Assembly (NCBI RefSeq): GCF_001194135.2
Contig: NC_068984.1
Coordinates: 22,190,183-22,254,182, forward strand
Direction of reading: 5' to 3'
Length of the DNA: 64,000 nucleotides
From: Octopus bimaculoides
Lineage: Eukaryota
Below, piece after piece: positions 24,961 to 37,760 of this stretch. The notes beneath the pieces were generated by a model. The model did not search any database, had not been told where the DNA came from, and saw only the letters and a program-made list of their open reading frames with translations. The position numbers and the translations under genes are program-made. How positions within the stretch are numbered: the first letter of the stretch is position 1; each line of letters starts with the position of its first letter.

Positions 24961-26696
24961 AGCTAAGAAGGCAATATTCCGCTGTCCGATGGTTATAACG
25001 CAGGAGATTGTATGGCCAACATGATCATGTAACATTATTTAATATCAACGGCCTATATCGTAGCCTCCCCTGCTGTGGAATACAACTGATGGTCTTGCAA
25101 TTTCTGGCTGAACAATTTGCACCGATGATTTGCTTATAGTGAGAAAATATAAACTACAGGCTTCTGCATAGTTTTTGTTTGCAAAATTTGACCTACATGT
25201 TATTTGGTTAACCCTCAGTCATGGTAGATGGACAACTGTCTATGAGGTGTAGCGGATTTAATCCCTGAACTCCATAGCTGCAAAACGAACTTATTAAACA
25301 CACAACCATACTTGCGCCTTTTAAACACATCAACGCTGCTTTTCCCTACACTTATCGATTTTACAATCTACATTCTATCTCTATGTCTATTTGGTCTCCT
25401 CACTTCCTACATTTTCATCTCTTTGCCTACCTTCGACGTGCGTTGACTCAATGCCAGCTTTATTGACTACCCTCCATATATCTCAACCTATCTATATCGG
25501 CTTACCTGTCTACCAACACACTCTGTTTTCTACCATTCTCACCTCTCTCTTTCTTTCTCTCACTCTCTCTTTCTCAATTTTATTTTTTGTTTCATTCTAT
25601 AGCTATTTCTTTGGTCTACTTTCACAGATGTCTACATACATATATGCTTGTTTCTGTGTCAGTGTGCTTGCTTTTTGTTTGAATTCTGATTGCCATTGTC
25701 TCTTTCTTTCTTTCTCTCTCTCGCTCTCTCTCTCTGCCAATAACGTAAATAATTTTGCCTGTCTGAATGGCCATCGTAAACCACAATAAACTAACCTCAC
25801 ATCCTCTTCCACCGTCGCCACTCCCTAGTCACTTTCATATCCAAAAGTGCACCAGCATCTCGGTCATATTAATTTGCCATCTCCACACCCACACACAAGC
25901 ACTACAATCACCCCCACCAGCTTCACCACCACCACTACCATCACTACCACTATCACCGGTGTTACCACCACCACTATATTGCTGCTTGGCCAACTGAATG
26001 TCTCTCATGTTCGATATCTTTACAACATCACTTTTTCGTTTGTTTCTTTGTTTTTGCATTCACATCTGAGGCGTCTGACCGCTGTCTGACTGAAATGTAA
26101 CATTCAAAGACTTGATGTTTGGAAATAAAATTTCAAAAGAATTATTCTTCTGTCTACAAGCAAAGATTCTTTAAAGCAAGCATCTACCTATTGAATATGT
26201 CAAGTATTGAAGATGCATCATCTTCACCTGCTAGATATTCAGTTTCTTTCCTTAGGCAGTTCTTTTCTTATCTATGTTGCTATGGTTGAATGAATAAGAA
26301 GCGGTCATAGTGGTCACTATCCTGTAGTACTACATTAGACATTTCAGTATGATGTTTGTCAGTAATGTAGAGTGATGTATATCTAAGAAAATGTATCTCA
26401 TATGTTAGTCTGATAAAAGCAAAAAATTATTTCGTGAGTGTACAAAGTAACCCTAGAGAGAAACTTATATTAACCACGGTCAAAAAATTAATCTCCAGCA
26501 GTCTAATCCATTTGTTAACCGATGTGAGTAACGTAGGATATTGAACAGAAGTAGTCTGATAGTAACTTAAATAGTATAGTAAGTGATTACAAATGAGATT
26601 TGGAAGCTACTGCCGTTGCCATTCTGATGTGACTTAGTAAACTAAAAATGAAATCACATCTTACATCATTGCACTCAACACAGGAACTAATGTAAT

Positions 26697-26795
26697 AATT
26701 TCAAATTTTGGCACAAGGCCAGCAATTTCGGAGGAGGGCATAAGCCGATTACTTGGACCCTAGTGCTCAGCTCGATTCTTGCAGCTCACCGCCCT
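26697..26795 (-). mobile_element. SINE family B with a large internal deletion
   Basis: Tail TTTTGGCACAAGGCCAGCAATTT joined to head GATTCTTGCAGCTCACCGCCCT. Confidence 0.6.
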
Positions 26796-27860
26796 AGAGC
26801 AGCTTATATAATATTGGGAGAAAAGTATAACATCCTCCTTTTTTATATATTTTATTGTTCGTTAACGCTAAGTGGGACCTGAACGTGTAGATATGTGACA
26901 AAAAGTATTGCTGTTGTGAATATCATGCTTTTATTTCGATCAAGAGTATTCTAGATCTAATTGTGAAATAGCTTTCCATTTTTTTTTTGTTTTTTCATTT
27001 TTACAGCTGATAGATTGTAATTTGAGTGAGACTTTACTGTTCTTAAAGAGTTTTATATTAGCTTTATATATCATAGTATACATACTTCTGTATATATAGC
27101 ATATATACTTCTGCAAACATTACCATAGAACGATAAAACTAATTATACGATATTGCTATGTAGAGTAATAGCTCAGACCAGTTTTCACTAGATGGATCCA
27201 GATATACAGAGTTAATTTCATTTCCGGAAAACACAAAATAATATGTGTCAACTTCGAAATCAACGTGTTAAATGTTCGTTATGCTTTAAATTATGTACCG
27301 ACAGGTAACCTTACTTGATTTTACCAAACGTACCGTAGTTGATTTACCAGCAGTTGCGTTATGCCAGTTTTAATACAAAACTTAGTAGAAGGTGTTAATG
27401 ATATTTCCCGGCTACCGATAACTATAAACTGACGTCAGAGTCTAGTAGAAACGAGGAAAATGAAACAAAATATATTAATATATACAAATAGAATATTTAA
27501 CGAGAATTTATTAAAATAAGTTAATTTTTTATTTTTATTTTCTCACTTTCACACATTAAGCTGAGAAAGTAATTCCAAATACATAAATTATTATAAATAA
27601 ATGAAATCTATTTAAATTTGGAAAATATTTCATTTGCTTGTACCTTTAATAAAATATGTTTCCAATCTGTTACAGGTTGAAGAACGAAGTAAGACAGTTA
27701 TCAATATTTTTTTTTATGAATGTTGTTAATTTTAAGATATGTTCCTTATTAGGCGATCAAGATGCGATAATGACACGACCAAATATCTAAATTATCGCAT
27801 GAACGATATTTAATAATCTAATATCTGTCACTGTAGCTGTCGCTCAAATTTCAAATTTAT

Positions 27861-27971
27861 CAGGCGTATGGTTAAGATGTTTACTTCGCAACCATATGGT
27901 TTCGGTACAGTTCTACTAAGTGGTGCCTCTGTGAGAGAATTTGGTAGACGGAAATTGTGTGAAAACGTTCT
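27861..27971 (+). mobile_element. SINE family A, degenerate head
   Basis: CAGGCGTATGGTTAAG...CAACCATATGGTTTCGGTACAG...TTTGGTAGACGGAAA, followed by (TA)n. Confidence 0.55.
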
Positions 27972-28018
<47 letters not shown>

Positions 28019-28323
28019 ACATTTTTGAATACATCAACGATAACATCTTGAAAAGGAAAGAGTTTTATTTTTAATTTCATAGCTGTGTGTGTGTGTGTAA
28101 CATTAATATAAGTTGAATGTACAATAAAAACTTACGGTTTTATTTTCATTAAAATATAGCGACTATAGGGCAAAAACCACTCAACTCTATTTAGCGTCTC
28201 TGACAATCACTCTCTCCTCCTCCGTTTTTTTTTTATTTTAGTTTCCCTCCTCTACCAGCAAGAGAAACGTAAAACACGTTGCGTTTTATTATATGTAAGA
28301 TGTGTACGTGTGTATATATGGGT

Positions 28324-28512
28324 CTCCTCTACCGACTCAAAACCGATGTTGGCTTGCTTATGTCCATGTTATCTAGTGGATCGCCAAAAGAGACGATAGA
28401 ATAAATACAAGACTTCAAAAGCGTACAAGTGTTGATTTGATAGATTAATCCTAAAAGGTGATGTTCCAATCTGATCACAGATCAATGACCGAAACAAGTA
28501 AAAGAATAAGAG
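28324..28512 (+). mobile_element. SINE family A-like 3' half, diverged
   Basis: AACCGATGTTGG...GATAGAATAAATAC...AATGACCGAAACAAGTAAAAGAATAAGAG. Confidence 0.6.
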
Positions 28513-28818
28513 AGGAACATTTCTCGACATAGAGATATTTGCTGCTAAAGAAGAGGTAAAAGCCTGGAGGGGAAACTAAATAATTCGAAAATAAGAAGAA
28601 AATGAAGTAATAAAAGATAAAAACCAACGATCTTTGGAAAGAAAGAAATTTTCTCGTAGTAGGTTTCCTAAAAACTTTATAGGAATTATTTTAGATTAAG
28701 AAAAGAAGCCAAATATTAGAAAGATAAAAAGAAAGATTATAGATTCTGCGAGAGAAGAAATATTTCACACGCACACACACGCACGCGCGCACAGACGCAC
28801 GCGCACACACACGCACGC

Positions 28819-28851
<33 letters not shown>

Positions 28852-29301
28852 CACACACACCCACACACACACACACACTAATAACAGCTTCTCTAATGAA
28901 ACTTAAAGCCTAACCCTTATCAGCTCACAAATATTATGATTCGTAATGATGGAAAATGATTGGCTGCCTCCTTCAGTGTCAAACTTGTTTTGTTTCTGAT
29001 GAGGCTATTATAGAAATTCTCAACACTTCACGCTTTAGTACCAATTATATGTATTAGATCTTGTGAAGATTTTACTAAATGTTTAAGTTCGATTACCGTA
29101 TGGAACGGAAAAAAAAGATTCTGTCCTTTTGGGTGCGGACAGCACTGTCATAAGTCATGAGCACGCTGGGTAATTATCTTGGGATTTCGGGTGTCTAGGG
29201 ATCTATTTCTAATCAACATAGCTGTGACTTGCTGTCAATAAATACGTATACTATAGGACTCAGTGCACTGATATGCCCCTGAGCCTATAATACTGCAAAC
29301 A

Positions 29302-29351
29302 GGGCATTTGATGAAGGCCCTTCGGCGGAGATTTGGATCCAAATATTGTTC
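29302..29351 (+). ncRNA. Decayed type I hammerhead ribozyme remnant
   Basis: UUGAUGA-A-GGCC-CUUC-GGCG-GAG-AUUUGGAUCCAAAU-A-UUGUUC: hammerhead order with three apparent substitutions and a 14-nt palindromic stem III. Confidence 0.5.
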
Positions 29352-30132
29352 ATTAAATTTCCCCAAATTGCAGAATTCTGTATGATTATTCTTTAATAAT
29401 CGATTGTTTATACAATCAGAATGTCATTTGTTCAACCGGAATTAAATTTTAGCAGATATTCTAAAGATGTCATTGGCAGTAGAGTTGTAAGGAGAGAGAT
29501 TATAAAAATAAAAAAAAGGAAAGAGAAGACAAACAGAACGCATCAACAAAATTGATCTAATATTGATTTTAAAATGATGATATTGACGTTTTGAAATTAT
29601 AATCGTGAGGTGATTCTCTTAATTAATCGCACATATATTCAGATAATCTTTTCTACTTATTTTCGTTACTTAATTTTCTATTTTTATGGGTAGCGTTTCT
29701 CGAGATCCTATCTTTTATTGTCAAATATATTCTAATTCTCTTCGGTACATGTTAGATTTACAATTATCCAAATCTTTATGATTATATCTTTAAGTATTAA
29801 CTAAATGGCTGTTAATGAATGAAACTTATTTGCTTTCAGAGTTAAAAGATCAGCAATGAGAAAAGAAACGGAGCTGAGACGACGAGCAAGAGTAGGTAGG
29901 CGACAGATATATGCAAATAGCTGAAATGATCGCTGGAAAATACTACCATTGATAGACGCAGTGATGTACCACGTCTTTCTTACGTATTTCTTCATTGTAC
30001 AGCCAAGGCCGAATAATTAAAAGTTCACATCACAGGCATTTAGTTTCACGTTCAATTGCTCTAAGAAATGTAATGAATCACTAATATAATGAATTGTGAA
30101 ATTGGAAACATAAACGAGAATGGGACTCGTAA

Positions 30133-30219
<87 letters not shown>

Positions 30220-30534
30220 TTTGAGTGTGAGTGTGTGTGCCAGAGATGATTTGTTTGTATCCCCGTAACGTAGCGATTGGTCTTAAGAGAACGATAGAAT
30301 ATGTACTAGACTTCAAAATAAACGTTGGAGTAGATTTGATCGATTAAACTCTTCACACAGAAAGAATGGCTATGGTCCAATGACTGAAACAAGTGTGTGT
30401 GTGTGTGTGTGTGTGTATAAATATATATATACATACTTAGAGAGAGAGAGACGGTGATGGAGAGAAAGAGGGTAGAGAGGGAAAGAGAAAGATAAATAAA
30501 TACAAGCGTGTATATATATATATATATATATCTG

Positions 30535-30660
30535 GTCTTCGAAACGTCTAGATAGAATAGAGACAGCTGATGAAGGGATATTCCAAGGGGCTTTCCGTTT
30601 TCCTATGTGTTCGTTCCGTTGTCTGTAGTTTATTGTTCTAACGTCCTGTACCCTGATATG
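30535..30660 (+). repeat. Microsatellite-embedded dispersed repeat with hammerhead-like half cores
   Basis: CTTCGAAACGTC...GACAGCTGATGAAGGG...ACGTCCTGTAC; homologous to 18540-18667 (minus). Confidence 0.5.
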
Positions 30661-30986
30661 CATGTATATACACATGTAGATGTAAGTATGTACATATATG
30701 TGTGTATACATGTATATATATTCTTTGTATTATTATATATATAACAAAAGGGGGGCATTAATTAATTCATTAAGATGGGAAATAAGTAAGTAAATATTAT
30801 TTTATTTTAATCCCGAAACGCGTTTGTAGCTAATCTGAGACGTCTGGATTCGTCATTTTATTCTTTTTTTGCCTACGTAAAAAAGTGTGTTACTGTCTGG
30901 GAGATCTCTACGGTAGCAGAAAAGGCATTTTTAACTCCTATTTCTAAATTCAGTGCGTGGGGAAGCAATTAGCTGACCCCTGATTA

Positions 30987-31045
<59 letters not shown>

Positions 31046-31358
31046 GCATAAATATATATATATGTAAACTTACATATGTATATATATATATATGCTTATA
31101 TACATATATACTAAGATATATATGCATACATATATATATACATGCATGCACACACATACATATATATATACATGCATGCATGCATATATACATGCATACA
31201 TATATATACAAACAGACATACACAAATATATATTGATTCACGCGAACGTTTGGACCAATTTCAAAAAGAAACATAGTGAATGGGGAAGGTGTAACTTTCT
31301 CAGCCCACATATGGAAGATTACTTTGAAGATTTCACATATCGAATTATTGAAGCACAG

Positions 31359-31415
<57 letters not shown>

Positions 31416-31743
31416 TCTCTTTCTCATATGCATACATTCATAGAAAAAATTGCAAGTGAGATAAAACGAAAGCAAATGTGTGTGCACACCCGCAGATATT
31501 CTCTGACATACAAACTCTGGCGACCGCGCATACTTGGCTTAAGGAGAAATAAAACACAACGGGTGACGTATTGAATAAATGTTATATGCATGCCGCCATG
31601 ACTTTTATTTTATGTATGCACTAACAGACACGCACACATATCCCTCCCTCCATCTATCCATCTATAAATAGATACATACATACTTACAAACATGGACAAA
31701 AAGTGAGAGGGAGACATAGAGAATGTCATACACGCGCACACAT

Positions 31744-31777
<34 letters not shown>

Positions 31778-34300
31778 GAATTACGATTAAATCATTAATA
31801 GAGAGAAGTTTGTCCATTTTAGCCGATTATCTGAGATAACTAATGGTGGTGTTAATACTTATGTGTGCTATATGGGAAATATTCTATAAACAACGTTTCC
31901 ACATAAAACATGTAAATACATATTTTGCAAAAACATTTAACATTATATTAAAATAAGAAAACTATATAATCTGTAAATTAAGACAGGTGTCTTTTCCGCG
32001 ACACCAGGCAATGGGAGGCAGTCGAAGTGGTTTACACATGTGGCTAGCTGTAAGTACAAGTCATCGGAAAGATTCAAAAACATCGAAACGCATCTCGTGT
32101 TATCGCTCGCCGCTGCTGTTGCGACTTTTTTCTCCCTCCGATATTGTTTTTAACACAATATGTCAGTATGTCGCTAAGAATAGTATCTCAAGACGAATAT
32201 CACAGTAACCGACCTACCAACGGTGTATATACATTAAGGATAATGCATAGACGACTACTTCACTTACCAGTGTTACATGACTAATAAACTTCATACCAAC
32301 TTAGGTGGGATAAAGATATATGTGGTAACTTGACATTTTGAGCGAGTAGAGTTGGTGAGATGACTCAGGAGGGACTAAGTCAGCAACAGGTAGGTTATTA
32401 GCATTATCAATAAGCTTAAACTGTAGCATAGTTTAACGGCCTGACTCGAAGAGTTGGCCGAGTTTCATTTGTTCACCTTACCTTACAAAAGCTATTTCTG
32501 GATAACGAGTCCTCTTAATGGTTTCACGATGTCGATAAAACTGCTGAGCCTTTAGTTACGTAATTTAACCAATTCCTTAATTCCTCCGTTTTTGTGCTAC
32601 CTTATTTATCGCTTCATAGCGATTTTTCGATGTTTAGTTAATATGGAAACAAATCATGATTTTCTTCAATACGGATAGTATTACTGCAGAGGCGCTAATG
32701 AGAAGATCGCTTCGTCACTACTTCTTCATGGATATCTCTTGCAACTTTCTTGTCCCAACAGATGATCACATAGAATTTGCAATCAATATCATATTTCAAA
32801 AGAAATGCTGTAAGTTTCTCCTTAGCTTTGTATATATCCAGAACTAATGGCTTCTTTGCACAATGCTCCTTACAACTTTCCTAACTATTTCTTCCTTATT
32901 TGTAGCAATATTTGGTTCAAATATAGAAACTCGGACTTATTTTCGAATTAATGGTCTTGAAGCTGTAATGTAAAATAGCGACTGATGCAAATTTTCCTAA
33001 GAGCTGCAACGCCAAAAACGGGGCAGCACAATACAGTGCAAGATATCGACAGAGGTCCACATAGATAGTCACCCTCTTAAATCAGATTTGGTCTGGTTAA
33101 TTTGATATCTGGCTTAACGTGATATATTTTAGCAAGAGTGTTGTGCGTGTGTATTTGAGTATACATATATATATATTCTCTCTCTGTCTTTTACTATGTG
33201 TATTATATGAATATATAATGTGTGTGTATATGTGTGTGTGTGTGNNNNNNNNNNNNNNNNNNNNNNNNNNNNNNNNNNNNNNNNNNNNNNNNNNNNNNNN
33301 NNNNNNNNNNNNNNNNNNNNNNNNNNNNNNNNNNNNNNNNNNNNNNNNNNNNNNNNNNNNNNNNNNNNNNNNNNNNNNNNNNNNNNNNNNNNNNNNNNNN
33401 NNNNNNNNNNNNNNNNNNNNNNNNNNNNNNNNNNNNNNNNNNNNNNNNNNNNNNNNNNNNNNNNNNNNNNNNNNNNNNNNNNNNNNNNNNNNNNNNNNNN
33501 NNNNNNNNNNNNNNNNNNNNNNNNNNNNNNNNNNNNNNNNNGTGTGTGTGTGTGTGTGTGAGTGAGTGTGTATGTGTGTGTATGTGTGTGTGTGCGTGCG
33601 TGTGTGTTGGTATATGTATGCTTCTGTGGATGAATGTATGTAAGTAATTTGTCGCTTATTTGTAGGTATGTGTATGCTCCGCATTTGCCAACATATGTAA
33701 GTTTTCAGTTGTTTATATTTTTAACGTCGTGTTTTTCTCTTCCTTTTGCTATACAAAATGCAACTCCTGCTGGTACCAACACATGTCTCACAACCAGATG
33801 TTACTTTTCTTCACCTTATACTTTTTTTTTCGTAGTGGTATGCTGATGCTGTCTTAGGTATTTTCGCTTTTACTCACATATTTCAAGCTATACGTAGAAG
33901 AATTCAGACATACACACTTGCACACGTACCTGTATACATACATTCATGTATACTGTTTTACCCATGTTAATTTTTCTCATTCCTTTTCTACCAAAATTAC
34001 AACTATATATTTTTATATTAACGGAAATCACCTTCTATTATTGTTATTGATAATCTTACAAACTATCCTTATTAGTTTCTGTCGTTCGTCTTTTTGCAAA
34101 TTTCTACCGTGTCTATAGCAAGAGATTAAGAGATTAGCCATGTCATTAATGGACTATATTCTTTAAATCGGTAAATAAAAACATTATATATATATATATA
34201 TACATATATGCTTTTGTGTTTGTATACATATATATATATATATATGCTTCTATGTTTGTATACATATGTATACTTTGATGCTTATCTATCTATCTATCTA

Positions 34301-34336
<36 letters not shown>

Positions 34337-35214
34337 TGCGTGGGTGTATGAATGTACGTATGAAAATGTATATGAAAGCAAACAATAAGACATAAATGTG
34401 GAGAAGCTTCCAGTTCTGATATTTAGTAAAGAAGATAATGCTTATCTCTTCGTACATTTACGATTTTGCAAAAGAACATATGCACTTACAGCCAACAACA
34501 ACAACAAGGAAAACTAAAATGTTAGCAGATAGATAACAAGAAAAAGAAAAATCAGCTACATCACTATCAGTATCACTAATAATAATGAAAGAAAAACCTT
34601 GTTGTTAGTTTATACTTAGTCTTCTTCTTGCTACATTTCATATGTCTATGGAAGAGGAATTTAAGAATTAATGGTCTATCTTGAAAAATATATAAATAAG
34701 GCTTGTTGGCATCGGCTTAAAAAACATAAGCTTGGATTCTCAATATATTAAGAGGCTAAAAATTAGAACACAAGCGTTTGTTGGAACTCTTAGAATGCTT
34801 ATAATTTTTTGTGGCGATGGTAGTGGTGGGAGGTGAGCTTTTGTAGAAACTAAGTAAATAAGCAGTTCTCGCAGTTTCTTAATAATAGATCTACTACAAC
34901 TACTACCACTGGCGTACCTTGAACATATTGTTATCTCTTTTGACTAAGTAGGTATGTAAGATGAAAGTTAAATGATGATGAGGAGTGATTTTGAGCATTT
35001 TTTAAAGCTTGTCAGAACGGTTAAAGACAGGTTGCCACCCGCAGGAAGTTATTCAAGTATTTAAAAAATATTAAGAACAAGTGGGGTTCCTAAGTAATTC
35101 TTACAAAGGGAAATGTATGAACATCTTAGAATGGGGGTAGCTGTCGTTGTCGCTGTTGTTTATGTTTAAACGCTGGTAAGCTCTGATGGAATATTTAATG
35201 GAGTAAGAAGCCTA

Positions 35215-35425
35215 CATACCCTTAGTCCGAATTTTATTCCGGTTTCTGTGGCGTTTAAATTACTGAGTCTACAAAGCGCTTCAATGGAAGGTTAACAGAT
35301 GGCGATGGTGATCCTTTTTAAATCGAGATGACTGAAACACTGCGAAATGAAATGCATTTTTCAAAGACACAAACAACCACTTCTGTCCGAGAATCGAACT
35401 CCCTACTTAACGACTGTGTACCCAG
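35215..35425 (-). mobile_element. SINE family C-like, degenerate
   Basis: GAAATGAAATGCATTTTTCAAAGACAC...GAGAATCGAACTC resembles the reverse complement of a B-box and the TGTGTTCTTGAGCA..ACACTTTATTTCAC module of 3121-3398. Confidence 0.45.
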
Positions 35426-36242
35426 GCAGATTATATTTGAAGCTATATTGCTTTAAGCTTAGAGTTAATATAATATATCAACATAGAACTTTTCTCTTTT
35501 CTATTGCAGAAAACGACTGGGTGATTGAAACTGTAAAAAGCCTTATAGGAGTGGAAACAGAAGACTTATAAGAGTGGTAAAAGGAAAGAAATGTATAGGA
35601 GTGGCAGAGACAGTAGAGAACGTCATTGGAGTAGCAGAATAAAAATAGTGTATTATAGTCTTTATAGGATTTAGTTCCATCTTTCAAGATCAAAAATAAA
35701 ATAGAAACAAAAAAGGGGGGGGAGAAGGAAGAAATAAGAAAAAGTAAATATCAGTGAGAGAGATACAGGAAGAAATGTAAAAGGAAAAGGTAACAGAAAT
35801 TTAGGGAGTGTTAGCCAAGAAAAAAATAGCAAATGCTCGAGAGGGATTTAATATTATGTTGGGGAACAATTGTCAGTATAAATGGCATTTGGCGGAAAAA
35901 ATTGAAAGATCTCTAATGGAGCTTATATGAAATTCTTTATTAAGCTAGAAATGTTTGCATTCACGTTACTAGAGCAGACATGCTCAAGCTGTTGACCTTT
36001 TGACTCTGAATGGCACACGGTTTATGAAAACCAATATCTCATGCAGTCTGCTATTTGATAAAGCTCCCTATAACTGCACTAGAAGTTAGTTTTGTAAATT
36101 ATATTTTGTTGTCATAAACTTAGAAATGTCTTTATTCACCTGAGCCAGTTGTTGATGTAGGCTAGTATTCGTAGTTTGCTTTGTGTCTCAAAAGGATCAT
36201 TATGCAAATAATAAATACACGCACTATTTCGACTTCACTTCT

Positions 36243-36816
36243 TTATTATTATTATTATTATTGAGTGAGAGTGTAGTGCATGCCATCAAAGTAACACTGG
36301 GGTAAAATATATGAAGCCCAGTATAACCATCATGACAACTCGTCTGATAAGGGTACATCAGGCACATGCATTACAACCATATTTGCGTGATATGGTGATC
36401 TCATATCAAGATTAACAGCGCATGACCTCGCAGGTGGGGCTCAGTTAGAATTTTCTTCAGGTCGAGTAGCCCATCCCGCTGAAAATGTCCCTGAATAAGG
36501 GTTGTTTAAGGACGTTGAACGGAACACCAATGTTTCCAGAGATGAATTAACCAAACCCCAAAGATTTCCTCTCAACACATGGCTATGATGCTCCCACACT
36601 ACTTCTGCTGGCGATCAGAGATGCACATATCGTCAGCCACTAAGGGACATTCTCAAATTATTAAGGTCACACAACTGACAAGCAAATCTGTGGTAGTGAG
36701 CAGTATATTTGCTGTAACCCATCTTTTATACTAATACAAAACAATATACATAATAACACTTCCAATCAGTCAAGATGAAGAGCCATGAAAGCCACTGCCT
36801 GGTACTGCATCAGGGC
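36243..36816 (-). mobile_element. ~575-bp non-autonomous retroposon-like repeat with an (AAT)n tail
   Basis: GC-richer block starting GCCCTGATGCAGTACCAGGCAGTGGC on the minus strand and ending in (AAT)n; no ORF. Recalled as an abundant octopus dispersed repeat, not verified. Confidence 0.55.
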
Positions 36817-36841
36817 AATTATCATCCTTATCATCATCATT

Positions 36842-36967
36842 AAATCCACTCACAAGGCTTCGGTTGACCCTGGGCTATAGTAGACGACACCTTCCCAAGG
36901 TGCCACGCAGTGAGATTGAATCCGGAACCATGTGCTTGGTAATCAAGCTTCTTACTATATACCCACT
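36842..36967 (-). mobile_element. SINE family A, 5' half
   Basis: AAATCCACTCACAAGGCTT...CCCAAGGTGCCACGCAGTGAGATTGAATCCGGAACCATGTG. Confidence 0.8.
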
Positions 36968-37650
36968 ACTTCAAAGGTCAGTTAAAGCAAAATCCATAGA
37001 GGGCATTTTTGTTCCTGGATATTTTGTTTTGACTTTTTACGTCCAAATTTTGTATCCTGTCAAAACCCTGCCTACTTCTCATTCCACCGGAGTCGATAAG
37101 GATTGGGTCTAATTATTATTGTTTACACTTTTTTTCGAGATATATGGTTTGTTACTTCAGTGTTAGTTACAAAATATCTAAGATTGACTCAAATTTTCTT
37201 CATATTTTGTTGATCTATGACTTTCAGTCAGATGAAGAACAAAGCTATCCAACTAGGAGAACGACGAATGTTTACTCTAAACTAAAACAAATTGAGACCT
37301 TGCACTATATTATTATTATTATATATACCGATAAGAAAATAATAATGTCTTCGTGAGAAACAATGTTGCACACTTAAAAATCGAAATAAACGAACAAAAA
37401 TAAGAAAGAAAAGATTGATTATACAAACAGAGCAACCCTTCACGTTTAAAAAATTAAATAACATGACCATAATAATTATGCTATCATAACAAATTATGCT
37501 TTTTATGGTGAGGGTTTTGCATTTTAATTGAAAGATTCAAGAATTTCATTGAAATTTTATTGTATGTATGTATGTATGTGTGTGTGTGTGCAAAAATGTA
37601 TAAACATGCATAGTGTACACATATACAAATATATTTTTGCATATATATTC

Positions 37651-37690
<40 letters not shown>

Positions 37691-37714
37691 ATGAAATTTC
37701 AATGCAATTCTTGA

Positions 37715-37760
<46 letters not shown>

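Noticed and set aside
28767-28878. Alternating purine-pyrimidine (CA/CG) tracts as Z-DNA regulatory elements (also 18926-18964)
   Set aside because: Such tracts are ubiquitous in this window and nothing marks them as functional.
28996-29017. CTGATGAGGCTATTATAGAAA as a hammerhead
   Set aside because: It would need a 3-nt deletion to restore stem II, and no stem I or III is visible.
36585-36650. Minus-strand CUGACGA...GAAG...UA-GCCAU as a hammerhead within the (AAT)n-tailed repeat
   Set aside because: Stems II and III do not pair canonically and A15.1 is missing.
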